A stretch of DNA of 62,085 bases, the filler included. It is 9 parts of 9 records of this genome, joined end to end, with 100 filler letters (N's around TTAATTAATTAA, not from the genome) between each part and the next. Parts side by side here need not be neighbours in the genome. Positions count along the whole stretch, not along the records: positions 1 to 5,494 come from SRR7504441_2680; positions 5,595 to 9,218 come from SRR7504441_2684; positions 9,319 to 13,618 come from SRR7504441_2685; 6 more parts are not named here. The stretch is one strand, 5' to 3'. A model generated the notes under the pieces. It ran no database searches. It was not told where the DNA came from and was given only the letters and a program-made list of their open reading frames with translations. The stretch's first letter is position 1, and each line of letters begins with the position of its first letter. Both the position numbers and the translations under genes were made by a program. This document shows, piece by piece, positions 1 to 9,511 of this stretch.

Positions 1-1762
1 CAGGCATTGACCAGCCGTTGTCAGCGCCGTGGAACGGGTCTTCTGGGTGAGGAGTCGAGTGGCTGGAGAGGAAATCAACTGCTGCCATCACATCGTGAAC
101 CATCTTGCCCAGTTGTGACCATTCTGGCATGCGGTCGTAGAATCCGAATCCCTCGTAGACTCGCGAGCCCATGCCGATTTGGTCAAAGCCGAGCACGAGG
201 TAGCCATGTGCGGCGAGATCGTAGTAGATGGAGGTGCTGGAGGAGATGTAGCCCTCGTTGAACCCAGAATTATGAGAGAACGGGTGCAGCCATATCACCA
301 CTGGTAGTTTGCTGGCGTTGCCTACATTGCTCGGGTAGTAGAGGTTAGCACCATAGTAGCCGCCGAAGTCTACGACCTGCCTTGTCACATTAGGGAGCGA
401 GTATCTATCATGTGTCAGAATGCCCGTGTCAACATATCCCGCACCAGAGAAGGTCTGGTAGCCCGCAGGCCCACCCGAGCCTCCGTAGCCCGGGGACCAC
501 ACCGGGCCACTGAGTCCTGACGGCGGGCTCCCCAGGCCCCACTGAATACGCAGCAGTGCTGGCGCGCTCAGCGGCGGTGGTTTACTGGCGGTGCTTTTCT
601 GCAGCGCGGACCAGGCCGCCCAGTCAAAGTCGTACAGCAAAGTCTCTGGAAAGTCGCTGTGAGAGACTCGTGGGTTGCGGTTGAACGCGAGATCGAACCA
701 GTCCAAGTACTTTTCGGGCTGGATCCACCCGATGTGCTGATCCGGCCGGTACTGCGTCCTGAGCCTCTCTGGGACCCCTAGAAGCGTGTAGGCCTCCCTA
801 GCAGCCTTGTAGGTCTGCTCCACCGCGAATACCGAGCCACAGCCATCGAGCATGGCGGCAGCCATCAGCGCGTGTCGAGGGGCGATCAAAGCAATCACAC
901 CATGCGCATCAATCGGCAATCTGTCCTCATAGCCCTCGAAGCATGGACCGCTCTGCGGCCCAGCCGGGGCGTACCACTCCAGCGGATCGTGCCCTGGGGC
1001 CGGTCCGAAGGTCCACGCAGACGCAAATCTCCAGGAGATCTGGGTGGGTGTGGAAGGCGAGCTGCCGGCCACCGCTGTCACACGCTCGTCGAATGCGCCG
1101 AGCAGCTCTGCTTGTTTGCCGTTCCGCGAGTGGCCAGTGAAGGCCACTTGCTCGCTGTTGACCTCTGGGAGCCCAACCGCCCAGTCCAGCGCGCGGCTGA
1201 CTGTCCAGGCTCGTCTGATGATGGTGCCCCAACTCGCGTTCGGATACGCGCGCTTAAACCCAGTACTCATGTCGTCTGCGTCGTTGGTGGGAGTGACCAG
1301 CGCCGCGTAGCCTCGAACCACCGCCCGCATCGCCCAGGCGCGGTGCGTGTTCTCGGTAACGAACAGTGGCAGCGGCGGGCGGCTCCGTAGTGGGATGATG
1401 AGCTCGACTGTGATGCTGGTCGGCCGCACTGGCGTGGCGAAGCTCAGCCTCCAGAGCTGGTCGCTGAAGCCTCGCTGGGGGCGCGAATAGTCAGCAGCCA
1501 CCTGGGCGCCGAGCAGTTTGGGCACCGCGTCGGGCACGGAGCCGAAGATGTGCCGCTGGAGTAGCAGTTTGATCTCGTCCCGCCGGTCGGCCCACTGCTC
1601 GGCCGTGCGGACCGTGGAGCCATTCCGGGTGCGCAGCAGCTCGGGCAGCCAGAAGCTCGAGTAGTTGGTGGCCGGTCCGCCCTCGGGGCAGCTGCTCTCC
1701 ATGCCAGGACGCCAGCCCTGTGCGCCGATCACCAGCACGACGCCGACAGCTGCAGCCCGCAT
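1..1762 (-). CDS. Secreted tandem alpha/beta-hydrolase: CE15 glucuronoyl-esterase-like domain plus a second hydrolase domain; 3' end runs off the window
   Basis: Absent from the ORF track because it has no stop codon in the window. Manual translation from ATG 1762: signal-like MRAAAVGVVLVIGAQG, LPELLRTRNGSTVRTAEQWADRRDEI, nucleophile motif GHSRNGK, GAFDERV, LPIDAHGVIALIAPR. The second domain reads PVVIWLHPFSHNSG...GYLVLGFDQIGMGSR...GKMVHDVMAAVDFL. No introns. Confidence 0.85.
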   Translation of the reverse strand, partial: MRAAAVGVVLVIGAQGWRPGMESSCPEGGPATNYSSFWLPELLRTRNGSTVRTAEQWADRRDEIKLLLQRHIFGSVPDAVPKLLGAQVAADYSRPQRGFSDQLWRLSFATPVRPTSITVELIIPLRSRPPLPLFVTENTHRAWAMRAVVRGYAALVTPTNDADDMSTGFKRAYPNASWGTIIRRAWTVSRALDWAVGLPEVNSEQVAFTGHSRNGKQAELLGAFDERVTAVAGSSPSTPTQISWRFASAWTFGPAPGHDPLEWYAPAGPQSGPCFEGYEDRLPIDAHGVIALIAPRHALMAAAMLDGCGSVFAVEQTYKAAREAYTLLGVPERLRTQYRPDQHIGWIQPEKYLDWFDLAFNRNPRVSHSDFPETLLYDFDWAAWSALQKSTASKPPPLSAPALLRIQWGLGSPPSGLSGPVWSPGYGGSGGPAGYQTFSGAGYVDTGILTHDRYSLPNVTRQVVDFGGYYGANLYYPSNVGNASKLPVVIWLHPFSHNSGFNEGYISSSTSIYYDLAAHGYLVLGFDQIGMGSRVYEGFGFYDRMPEWSQLGKMVHDVMAAVDFLSSHSTPHPEDPFHGADNGWSMP

Positions 1763-1906
1763 TTTTGCCACCAGCTGGCTCAGCGCTGAGTAATGTTTCC
1801 TCGCACGGGCTGTTCGGAAGTTCCGCCTTCGTGTAGCTTTGTGGCTTGAGAGAGATCGAGAAAGTCCCGCACGCCGCGTTCGCGAGCTCCAGCTCACGAA
1901 GTCTCC

Positions 1907-3401
1907 ATGGTGGTCCGTCTTGTTGTCGCCTTCTTCATCGGTTTCAGCGCCTTATCTTATGCCGCGCTCCCGACCGAGGACGCGATCGTACCCGAGGTGA
2001 CTGCCCACGAACCGCTTTGCGCATCAGCCGGAGACAGGTCCGCCTGATCGACACCCGGGCCGTTGCGCACTCCTCGGCCGCCGAGAGCGTCCAGCTTCTC
2101 CTCCAGCAAGGTGCCAGGGCAGCAGTTGCGGCAGCTCATGTAGGCACCTCGGTGCAGGCCAAAGTGAGGACAGCTGCAGGAACCTCGCAAACGCCTCAAT
2201 CGCAGAAGTGGAGTCGGCCGTGTCAACCGCCCAAGCGGGGCTAAACGAGTTAGACAAGGGCGAGCACTGCAAAGACGAGGGACAAGACGCAATCGCAAAG
2301 GCTCAGGCCGATCTGCAAGCCGCAAATGAGCGGTTTATACGCGCTCAGGAGGAAGTGGAGGCTGCGAATAATGCAACCGTCACTCTTGGCGCCCAGCCGT
2401 TCTCTGCGCTGCAGACAGGCGATTGTGACTGGATCCAGAAGGACCCAGCGTTCCTGGCTGCCGAAGACCGGTACCGCACAAGCGTTGCAGAACGAGATGA
2501 AGCCGTGTCTGCGATGGAGGCCGCAGTCGATGCTCTTGGCCTAGTGACAGAGCAAGCCAAGCGTGCTGTGCATGCCTGCAACTGCAGAGTACAGAGCGAG
2601 CACGCCACCGAGTGGGAGTCAGCGACCGCCAACAGCGATACCCACCAGGAGACATGGACCAAAGCGCACAACATGCTTTGCGTTCTCGAGCACGTTACTT
2701 ATGACCAATGCCATGTGCCTGCGTGTCCGGCTCTCACCAAGCCGACCTTGGCCCCAGGAGTTACGGAAAGTGATTGCGACGACCCGTCGAGCACGAACTA
2801 CATGCTGTTACAGGCTGCTGTGGGAGCCGGCCATGGACAGTGTGCCGATTCTATTCCCTACAAGCCCGGTTTTTTCGGGGATCATTTTGTGAGGACTATG
2901 CTTAAAACGCCACCAACAACCAACAGCGAGGCAGCTGCCTTGTGTGCGCTGTTCTGCTTTCTCAACACCAAACACACCGACCAGGCGAAAGATTATATCA
3001 ATTGCAACGCTCATTGTGGACTGGTAATGTTTGGTGGCATTGATTGCATTGTGCACAACTTGAATCATGCAGTATGGCAAATGTTCAACTGTCCAATGAC
3101 ATCTCCTGTTATACCCCCAACGTGTGGAAACGACATGTTTGGACATTATACTCCGGATAATCTGTACGAGTACTATGCCCCAATAGTCGACCCCAATGGC
3201 AAGATCTGTGACATTTTCACAAACAAGTACAACACATACGTGGAGGGAAGACCTGGACAAGAAGTAATGGACGCAGCATACAACTATTGCTACAGGAAAT
3301 TCAAATATGTGGATGCGGGTAGCTTTGCGATGGAAATATTTGGGGCGGCGGCAGAGCTTGTATTGAGCCTTATCTCTGGCCCACAAGGGACTAAAACTTA
3401 A
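1907..3401 (+). CDS. Secreted coiled-coil and Cys-rich protein of unknown function, 3 exons
   Basis: ATG 1907 gives signal peptide MVVRLVVAFFIGFSALSYA. GT-AG introns at 1997-2037 and 2111-2157 join it to ORF 2208-3401. The Ala/Glu helical region has spaced Cys, followed by a Cys/Tyr-rich C-terminal domain. Confidence 0.7.
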
Positions 3402-3694
3402 CAGCAAAGAATTGTACAAGTACATGAAAGTTGCATGAAAGTACGAGCATGTGAATTATAAAAGCCTCCGTCGTTTAGACACGAATTAATATCATTGTAT
3501 CATAAGATAGCTGATTATAAGATTTGGATTAGTCTGAGACTAGTTAATCTTTTCAGAAGATAACGTCATTCAGGATGGTGATTGCCGTCTTGATGATTTT
3601 ACACAACTAAGTTGTGTACAATTGCATGTGTAGGTGTGGCGCTTAGGGCACTCCACACTCTTACTAGCTGACTCACAGCTCATAATTGAAAGGG

Positions 3695-5320
3695 TTACGG
3701 GTTGGCAAAGCACTTTCCGCTGGGCAGGCAGAGCACCCCGTGGCTGTGGTACGGGATCACCGTTCCAAGCTCAAGTTTGGCCTGCAGCTTCATCGTCCGA
3801 GGGCACACAAACGCCACAAAGCTGCTGTCAGCGGTCGCATTATAAAACACGCTGAACAGCACCCCGTCATCTTCGTCTGTGCCGCCCGGGCGCGGGATGA
3901 AGTTGGCTTCCATCACGTACACCCCAGGCTGGTGGTAGACGGCAGCTACGGCGCGCGTCTTGGTGTCTAGCTTGACAACAGCATCAAACCACATTGAATT
4001 ATCCGCCCGAGGCGAGGTGACGTATAGCCATCGAGAGCTGGCGTTGTACTTGTAATAGGGGTTGAACGACGGGAAGTCCATCCCAACCGCGGCGATCCTC
4101 GGGTCCGGCCGGCGGAGCAACGGTTCGCACTTGATGGTGGCGTTCCCGCGAGTCGGGACAAGACATCGAGCAGGAGTCATCATAATCCAGTCCCATCGCG
4201 AGCGGAGCCAGGTCTGGTTGGCCAGGTTGTGCCGGAAGTAGTTGTCCAGATAGTTGGCGGTGCCGGGCATAGTATCCACCACAATGTAATCTTCAGTCTC
4301 GTAAATGTTCCCAAAGTGGTTGTTTACAAACTTCAGGTCGCTCTTCAGGATCCGCGTCTCGTTGGTCCGCCGGTCCATAACAAGCCACAGATCGTCCTCC
4401 GCCTGGTGCATATGCCGGAGCATCCCAGCGTCTCGCCGGTCCTTGTGGCTCAGCACGAAGCTGTCCACTTTATTCACAAACCAATGCTTTGTGATCCCTG
4501 GTTGATGTGAGTGTGCCAGAAACTTTCTGCCAGGCAGGACAGTACGCGAGAGCTCGGCCACGGCCATGTCAATCGCCCGCCGCCCGCCGCCCGGCCGGAG
4601 CACCCCCACGCACAGCTGGTCAGCGTCGAAAGTCTCTGTGAGCCCGACTAGGCTCGAGGCGCCACACGGATAGCTCACCAGGCACTGGCTGTTACCATTG
4701 TAGTCGCAGGCCGGGTGGGCATTCATGGTCACCGTGTACGCCTCGAGCAGTCCGCGCACCCCCAACCGGGCCGGGGTCTGGAGGGTCTCTGCGTCGATCA
4801 TCCCCCAGAACCGGTTGTCTATCGTCATCCAGAGCTGTCCGCTGACCGGTAAGATGTTGACCCCCGGGTTGGTGAGGCACGGGCGGGGCCCCAGGTGCAG
4901 GCTGCCCGACCCGAGCCACAGGCATTGCTCGTAGTGCTTCCAGGCCCCGCTCTGGTACGCGGCCTGCCGCCAGGACAGCTTCCCGCCCGGTCCGAAGTCG
5001 AAGCGCATCGGGCTGGCCAAGCCGTCGTAGTGGTAGTCCATCCCCTCCGGCCACTTACTCGGGACGCTCCGGTACACCCGGTGCCCGGCCAGCCAGTCCG
5101 GCAGCCCCTGGACCGTCCCGCTGCCGTTGGCCAGCCGCGGCATGTCTCGGAGGAAGTACCCCACCACGGCCGGCGGCCCGGGGGCCGGGGCGGCCGGCGG
5201 CGAGTCCCCGAAAAGCTGGCCGGCCCGATCCAACCAGGCCTCCGAGTATTCGTCCGCCCCGCACAGCCCCAGCAGCGCGAGCGCAACCACCGCCAGCGCG
5301 AGCCCAGCACGTCCACGCAT
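3695..5320 (-). CDS. Carotenoid cleavage oxygenase (RPE65 family) with signal peptide
   Basis: All four Fe-ligand His contexts are present (NAHP, HSHQPGIT, NHFGNIYE, PYHSHG). Also YHYDGLA, DFPSFNP and EANFIPRPGGTDEDDGVL. Hydrophobic N-terminus; no introns. Confidence 0.9.
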   Translation of the reverse strand: MRGRAGLALAVVALALLGLCGADEYSEAWLDRAGQLFGDSPPAAPAPGPPAVVGYFLRDMPRLANGSGTVQGLPDWLAGHRVYRSVPSKWPEGMDYHYDGLASPMRFDFGPGGKLSWRQAAYQSGAWKHYEQCLWLGSGSLHLGPRPCLTNPGVNILPVSGQLWMTIDNRFWGMIDAETLQTPARLGVRGLLEAYTVTMNAHPACDYNGNSQCLVSYPCGASSLVGLTETFDADQLCVGVLRPGGGRRAIDMAVAELSRTVLPGRKFLAHSHQPGITKHWFVNKVDSFVLSHKDRRDAGMLRHMHQAEDDLWLVMDRRTNETRILKSDLKFVNNHFGNIYETEDYIVVDTMPGTANYLDNYFRHNLANQTWLRSRWDWIMMTPARCLVPTRGNATIKCEPLLRRPDPRIAAVGMDFPSFNPYYKYNASSRWLYVTSPRADNSMWFDAVVKLDTKTRAVAAVYHQPGVYVMEANFIPRPGGTDEDDGVLFSVFYNATADSSFVAFVCPRTMKLQAKLELGTVIPYHSHGVLCLPSGKCFANP

Positions 5321-5494
5321 TGCGTTCGCTCGGGTTGTCCGTTAGAATGCCAGCGTGCGGTGGTGTGGGCGTTGAGGACTGTAAGCCCCGCTGCATTGCG
5401 GTGTGATCCCCGCGGCGCGGGCATCGGCGCGGGATGGCAGCCCGGCTGGACCGCGGCAACGCGTCGACGGCCGTCAGCGGCGAGGAAGCCAAGA

Positions 5495-5594
5495 NNNNNN
5501 NNNNNNNNNNNNNNNNNNNNNNNNNNNNNNNNNNNNNNTTAATTAATTAANNNNNNNNNNNNNNNNNNNNNNNNNNNNNNNNNNNNNNNNNNNN
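5495..5594. other. Artificial contig-joining spacer (N44-TTAATTAATTAA-N44); identical copies at 9219-9318, 13619-13718, 25548-25647, 32246-32345, 40583-40682, 48458-48557 and 58852-58951
   Basis: Eight identical 100-nt blocks carrying a six-frame stop linker. Genes are truncated at them. Confidence 0.98.
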
Positions 5595-6586
5595 TCAATC
5601 CATCCTACATGGCCGCCAACAAGCCCGGGGACCGGATCTACCTGGTGAACGAGGCGTACGAGGGCGACGCCCAGGGTAACCTGCTGTCGGCCTACCGGAT
5701 CCAGACGAGCCCGGAATGTCGGCTGGAGCTGATCAACCAAGCCGAGACCGGCGGGGCTGCCGCCTGCCACCTAGCGGTCTCGCCGTGCGGACAGTTTGTT
5801 GCGGCGGCTACCTACATGGGCGGCTCGGTCTGTGTGTTCCGGCTGGACGCGGAGGGCGGCCTGGCCGAGCGGACGGCGCTGGTGAAGCTGGACGGCGCGC
5901 TGGGCCCGGACGCCGGCCGGCAGGAGGCGTCACACGGGCACTGCGCGGCCTGGGCGCCTGGCGGTGGCGAGTTGCTGGTGTGCGACCTTGGGACGGACCA
6001 GGTGGTCGTGTTCCGACTGGACGCCCAGTCCGGGGCGCTGGCCGAGGTGAGCAGGACTAGCCTACCTCCAGGGTCCGGCCCGCGGCATGTGGCTCTGCAT
6101 CCGAACAAGCCTCAGGTGCTGGTGATATGCGAAATGCTCTCATCAGTGGCCCTGATGGACTATGCAGACGGAAAGCTCACCCTGCTTGGCCAGCCGCAGC
6201 CTACTGTGCCGGAGGCCAAGGTCGGCGTGGGAGGAGAGACTTTCTGCGCCGCAATCAGGTTCTCGCCCTGTGGCAAGTTTGTGTACGCTTCAAACAGAGG
6301 CCACGATTCCATCACTGTGTTCGAGCTGGACCAGGACACGCTCAGCCTCATCGCCTGCCACCCGACAGCTGCCGAGCCCGGCCAGCCGTTGGTGGCCCGA
6401 TGGCCGCCACGCGATTGCCCACGAGATTTTGTGCTCTGCGGAGAGAACAGCGAATGGCTGGTCGCCGGCAATCAAGATAGCGATTCTCTCGTGGTGCTCG
6501 CAAGAGACCCGCACACTGGAATGCTCTCAGATACCGGCATATCTGCGGAGTGCGGGGCTCCAGTATGTGTCATGCCAATCCCTTAG
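5595..6586 (+). CDS. 6-phosphogluconolactonase/cycloisomerase-2 family 7-bladed beta-propeller lactonase, 5' truncated
   Basis: NPSYMA at the contig edge, CHLAVSP, CDLGTD, GSGPRH, YASNRGHDSI, PRDF, AGNQDSD. Confidence 0.9.
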
Positions 6587-6749
6587 AGCCAGCTTAGAGC
6601 ACTTTGTAGAAATCATAGTTGCACTATCACCCCGGGGGCGTCGGATCAGAGGTCCGTATATAGTGTATGCATTGAATACCACGTCTTCATGTGGTTGAAC
6701 ATGATTGTGAGACACTGAAAATAATTAATGTGGAATCGCTTAGTGTTTA

Positions 6750-7682
6750 TTAATCGTTGTCGTCGCTATCAGTCGCATCTGGCCCGAGGCATGGGTCACA
6801 TTCAAACATAAGGTCGAACAGCGATGGAAGCACCCTACTCGCTGGCACGGCCCCCTGGCCCGGATCCGGGTCAAATATTGAAGTCTCGAATGCATTTTGC
6901 GAGTAGTTAGGATCCCGAAACCAGGGCTTGCACGCAACCAAGTACATCACAGGCCGCGCTGAATCCGAAAAATTACGCCGACCGCGGTGGAGCAGCCGGT
7001 AGTCCCAGACGGTCACGCTGCCCACCTCCGGCCACAAGGTGGCTGTGGGCACATCAGCCCCAGACAACCGTGCGCTCCACTTGTGGCTCGCCGGCTTGAA
7101 GTGGGTCGGTCCGTTCAACTCGACCATCGGCACCAGTGGGATAAACACCACGAATGCGTGCGGTGGCAGCTCGGCCTCGAATAAGTGCTTCGAGTCACGA
7201 TGGAAGCTCTGGCAGACCGATCCCGGCAGATTGAGCACCACACCGGCCATCTCGCCGACCCCGGCCTCCTCCCCTAGCAGATCCCGAAACAGCCCCCCAA
7301 GCACCGCCTCGGCGTGTCTCCGGGCCTCCACGAATCCGTCGCCGCAGCAGGACTGGTGCACGTCGAACCTGCCCTGCTGCCTGGAGCTCACCTCGCGGAA
7401 GCTCACGCTCTGGTCCGTCGCCACCCCTGCCGCGCGCATCCTATCCTCCAGCCCGGCCCAGGCCGCCTCAAAACCAACCCGGGCCCGCCCCACCACCCCG
7501 GGGTCCAGCGCGCCCTCGAGCAGGCAAACCCCCATGCTGTCGAGCAGCGCGGCCGCCCCGTCCCGCGAGGGCCGGTCTAGCCCGCCCGTCCGGTCCAGCC
7601 CAGCCCGGACCCGCAGCCCGGTTCGCTCGGCCTCCTGCCGGTGCTCGTCGAACGGGAGCAGCTGCCCCGCGCACCCCGACAT
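6750..7682 (-). CDS. PhyH-family Fe(II)/2-oxoglutarate dioxygenase
   Basis: QSFHRD (HxD), VFIPL...NGPTHFKPASH, DYRLLHRGRRNFSDSARP. Likely start MSGCAG at 7682. Confidence 0.85.
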   Translation of the reverse strand: MSGCAGQLLPFDEHRQEAERTGLRVRAGLDRTGGLDRPSRDGAAALLDSMGVCLLEGALDPGVVGRARVGFEAAWAGLEDRMRAAGVATDQSVSFREVSSRQQGRFDVHQSCCGDGFVEARRHAEAVLGGLFRDLLGEEAGVGEMAGVVLNLPGSVCQSFHRDSKHLFEAELPPHAFVVFIPLVPMVELNGPTHFKPASHKWSARLSGADVPTATLWPEVGSVTVWDYRLLHRGRRNFSDSARPVMYLVACKPWFRDPNYSQNAFETSIFDPDPGQGAVPASRVLPSLFDLMFECDPCLGPDATDSDDND

Positions 7683-7827
7683 CGGCCGCAGCCCCTGGTG
7701 ACTGGACAGCTTCCGTTGCCGGCCCCGCCGACTACAGTGGCTGTACGGTCGGCGGACAGGCGGCACCCGTGTGGAGCCTTTGGGCGGTCTCAGCGTCTAC
7801 GATCTCAACCACCAAGCTGGCCGCGGG

Positions 7828-8749
7828 ATGAGTGGCCGGCCGTGGCTGCTCACAGCCAAGCAGCTGCAGCAGCAGGGGGCCGTGTGGGCGCACCGCCCCT
7901 ACATCACTGGCGGCTACCTGCCGCCGTGCCGGGGCAGACCGCTGCTGAAATGGTGCTGGCGGGCGGCGACTAGCCTGCACAACGAGACTCTCAATATCTG
8001 GACCCACCTGCTGCCCGCCTTCTGGTGCCACCGTCAGCAGGCCTGTGCTCATGGTTGGCCGCAGGGTGCTCGGGATAGCCCAGTCAGTGGTTTGGGGAGA
8101 GTACCACCAGGTGGCCGTGCTCACCACCTCGGACCGACTTCTCTATTCGGTCCTCCTGGCGGCAACCTGCATGTGCTTCTTAGCGTCGGCCGCCTACCAC
8201 TGCGTCGGCCCGGCCACCCAAAGGCTGTATCGGCGACTGCAGGCTCTGGACCTGGCCAGCATCCTGCTGCTGATAGCATCCAGCTACCCGCCGCCGATCG
8301 TGCTTGCCTTCTCTTGTCCGTCCCACCAGCATCTAGCTTACCGCTATCTAGTACCAGTTTTCGCCGTTGTTGTCGGGCTGCTGGTCGCCCCGGTGATTTG
8401 CCCCTCTTTCCATTCGAATGAGTTGGATTGGCTCCGGAGCTCGATGTATGCTCTGGTAGTACTATTTGCCCTCATACCAGCTTTCCACTGGATCCAGCTC
8501 GTCGAAAGGGAAGAAGCACACTTCGGGCTGGTTCGCTTGGCTGTGGGGCTGGCCTTGTACGCGACTGGCTTCTTGTTTTATATGACGCACTTACCGGAGG
8601 CGGTTTATTCTCGATCTAGCACGGGCTACCCCGTGGTAAGCTCGCACAACATTTGGCATTTGATGACAGTCGCTGGCTCGTTTTGGATGCTGTTTAAAAC
8701 CATAGAATATCACGACTTCAAAGCATCGAGGTTGCCACTTTGCTCATAA
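7828..8749 (+). CDS. PAQR/ADIPOR (haemolysin-III family) membrane protein, 2 exons
   Basis: PYITGGY, HNETLNIWTH, SAAYH, LDLASI and SSHNIWH motifs. A 40-nt GT-AG intron at 8025-8064 joins the two ORFs. Confidence 0.9.
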
Positions 8750-9064
8750 AAGGCCTGAGGCCATGTGTATTGATTGAAAACAGAGTGGAGATTGTTTAGT
8801 ATACTCTTGAAAACTTAATTAAGGAAGGCACCTGCATGTACTCACGTAAAGATTTATGTTTTACTCAGTGTACGTGCTTACGATATTGTAGCGCTTGGCA
8901 TTCTGATTTGGTACTGATTTGGTTCTCCGACTGACTATGATTTACTATATTCATTATTTCACTATATGACTACATGATTGTACCTAGTACTAAACTAGTT
9001 CTAAACTACACCTATATATGATCAATAAAGCGCTATTCTCTATCTAAGCATCGGTACATGCATT

Positions 9065-9217
9065 CTACATGCACGTGCGGCCAGATCCAAGAAGCCGTCG
9101 GCCATTATCCACACAGTTCTTACACCTCCAGCCATCGCACTTCATGTCTCCATGACATTGTTCGTCGCCTCCACACTCTGCATTGTGGTCACCAGAGTGG
9201 CATCTATTATGATGGCA
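9065..9217 (-). CDS. C-terminal fragment of a Cys-rich repeat protein
   Basis: Reads CHHNRCHSGDHNAECGGDEQCHGDMKCDGWRCKNCVDNGRRLLGSGRTCM*. Open at the contig edge. Confidence 0.55.
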   Translation of the reverse strand, partial: CHHNRCHSGDHNAECGGDEQCHGDMKCDGWRCKNCVDNGRRLLGSGRTCM

Positions 9218-9511
9218 GNNNNNNNNNNNNNNNNNNNNNNNNNNNNNNNNNNNNNNNNNNNNTTAATTAATTAANNNNNNNNNNNNNNNNNNNNNNNNNN
9301 NNNNNNNNNNNNNNNNNNGTGAGGCCTTTACGCGATTAAAGTGTCCTGTCGATTCCCAAAAAAAAAACAGCTGAGTCGCTTTGGTCGTTGACAGCTTACG
9401 TTGGTCAATCGAGACAATTTTCCCCGAAGCTTCCTCAAGCTTCCTCGAGCTTAGGAAGCTTCGGAAGCCACGGCGCACCTGTTGGCAGCAAAGGTTGTGG
9501 CCAGCCTGCAA

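Noticed and set aside
5495-5594. Repeated TTAATTAATTAA flanked by Ns as a biological repeat or transposon target site
   Set aside because: Identical 100-nt construct with stops in all six frames; it is a contig-concatenation linker.
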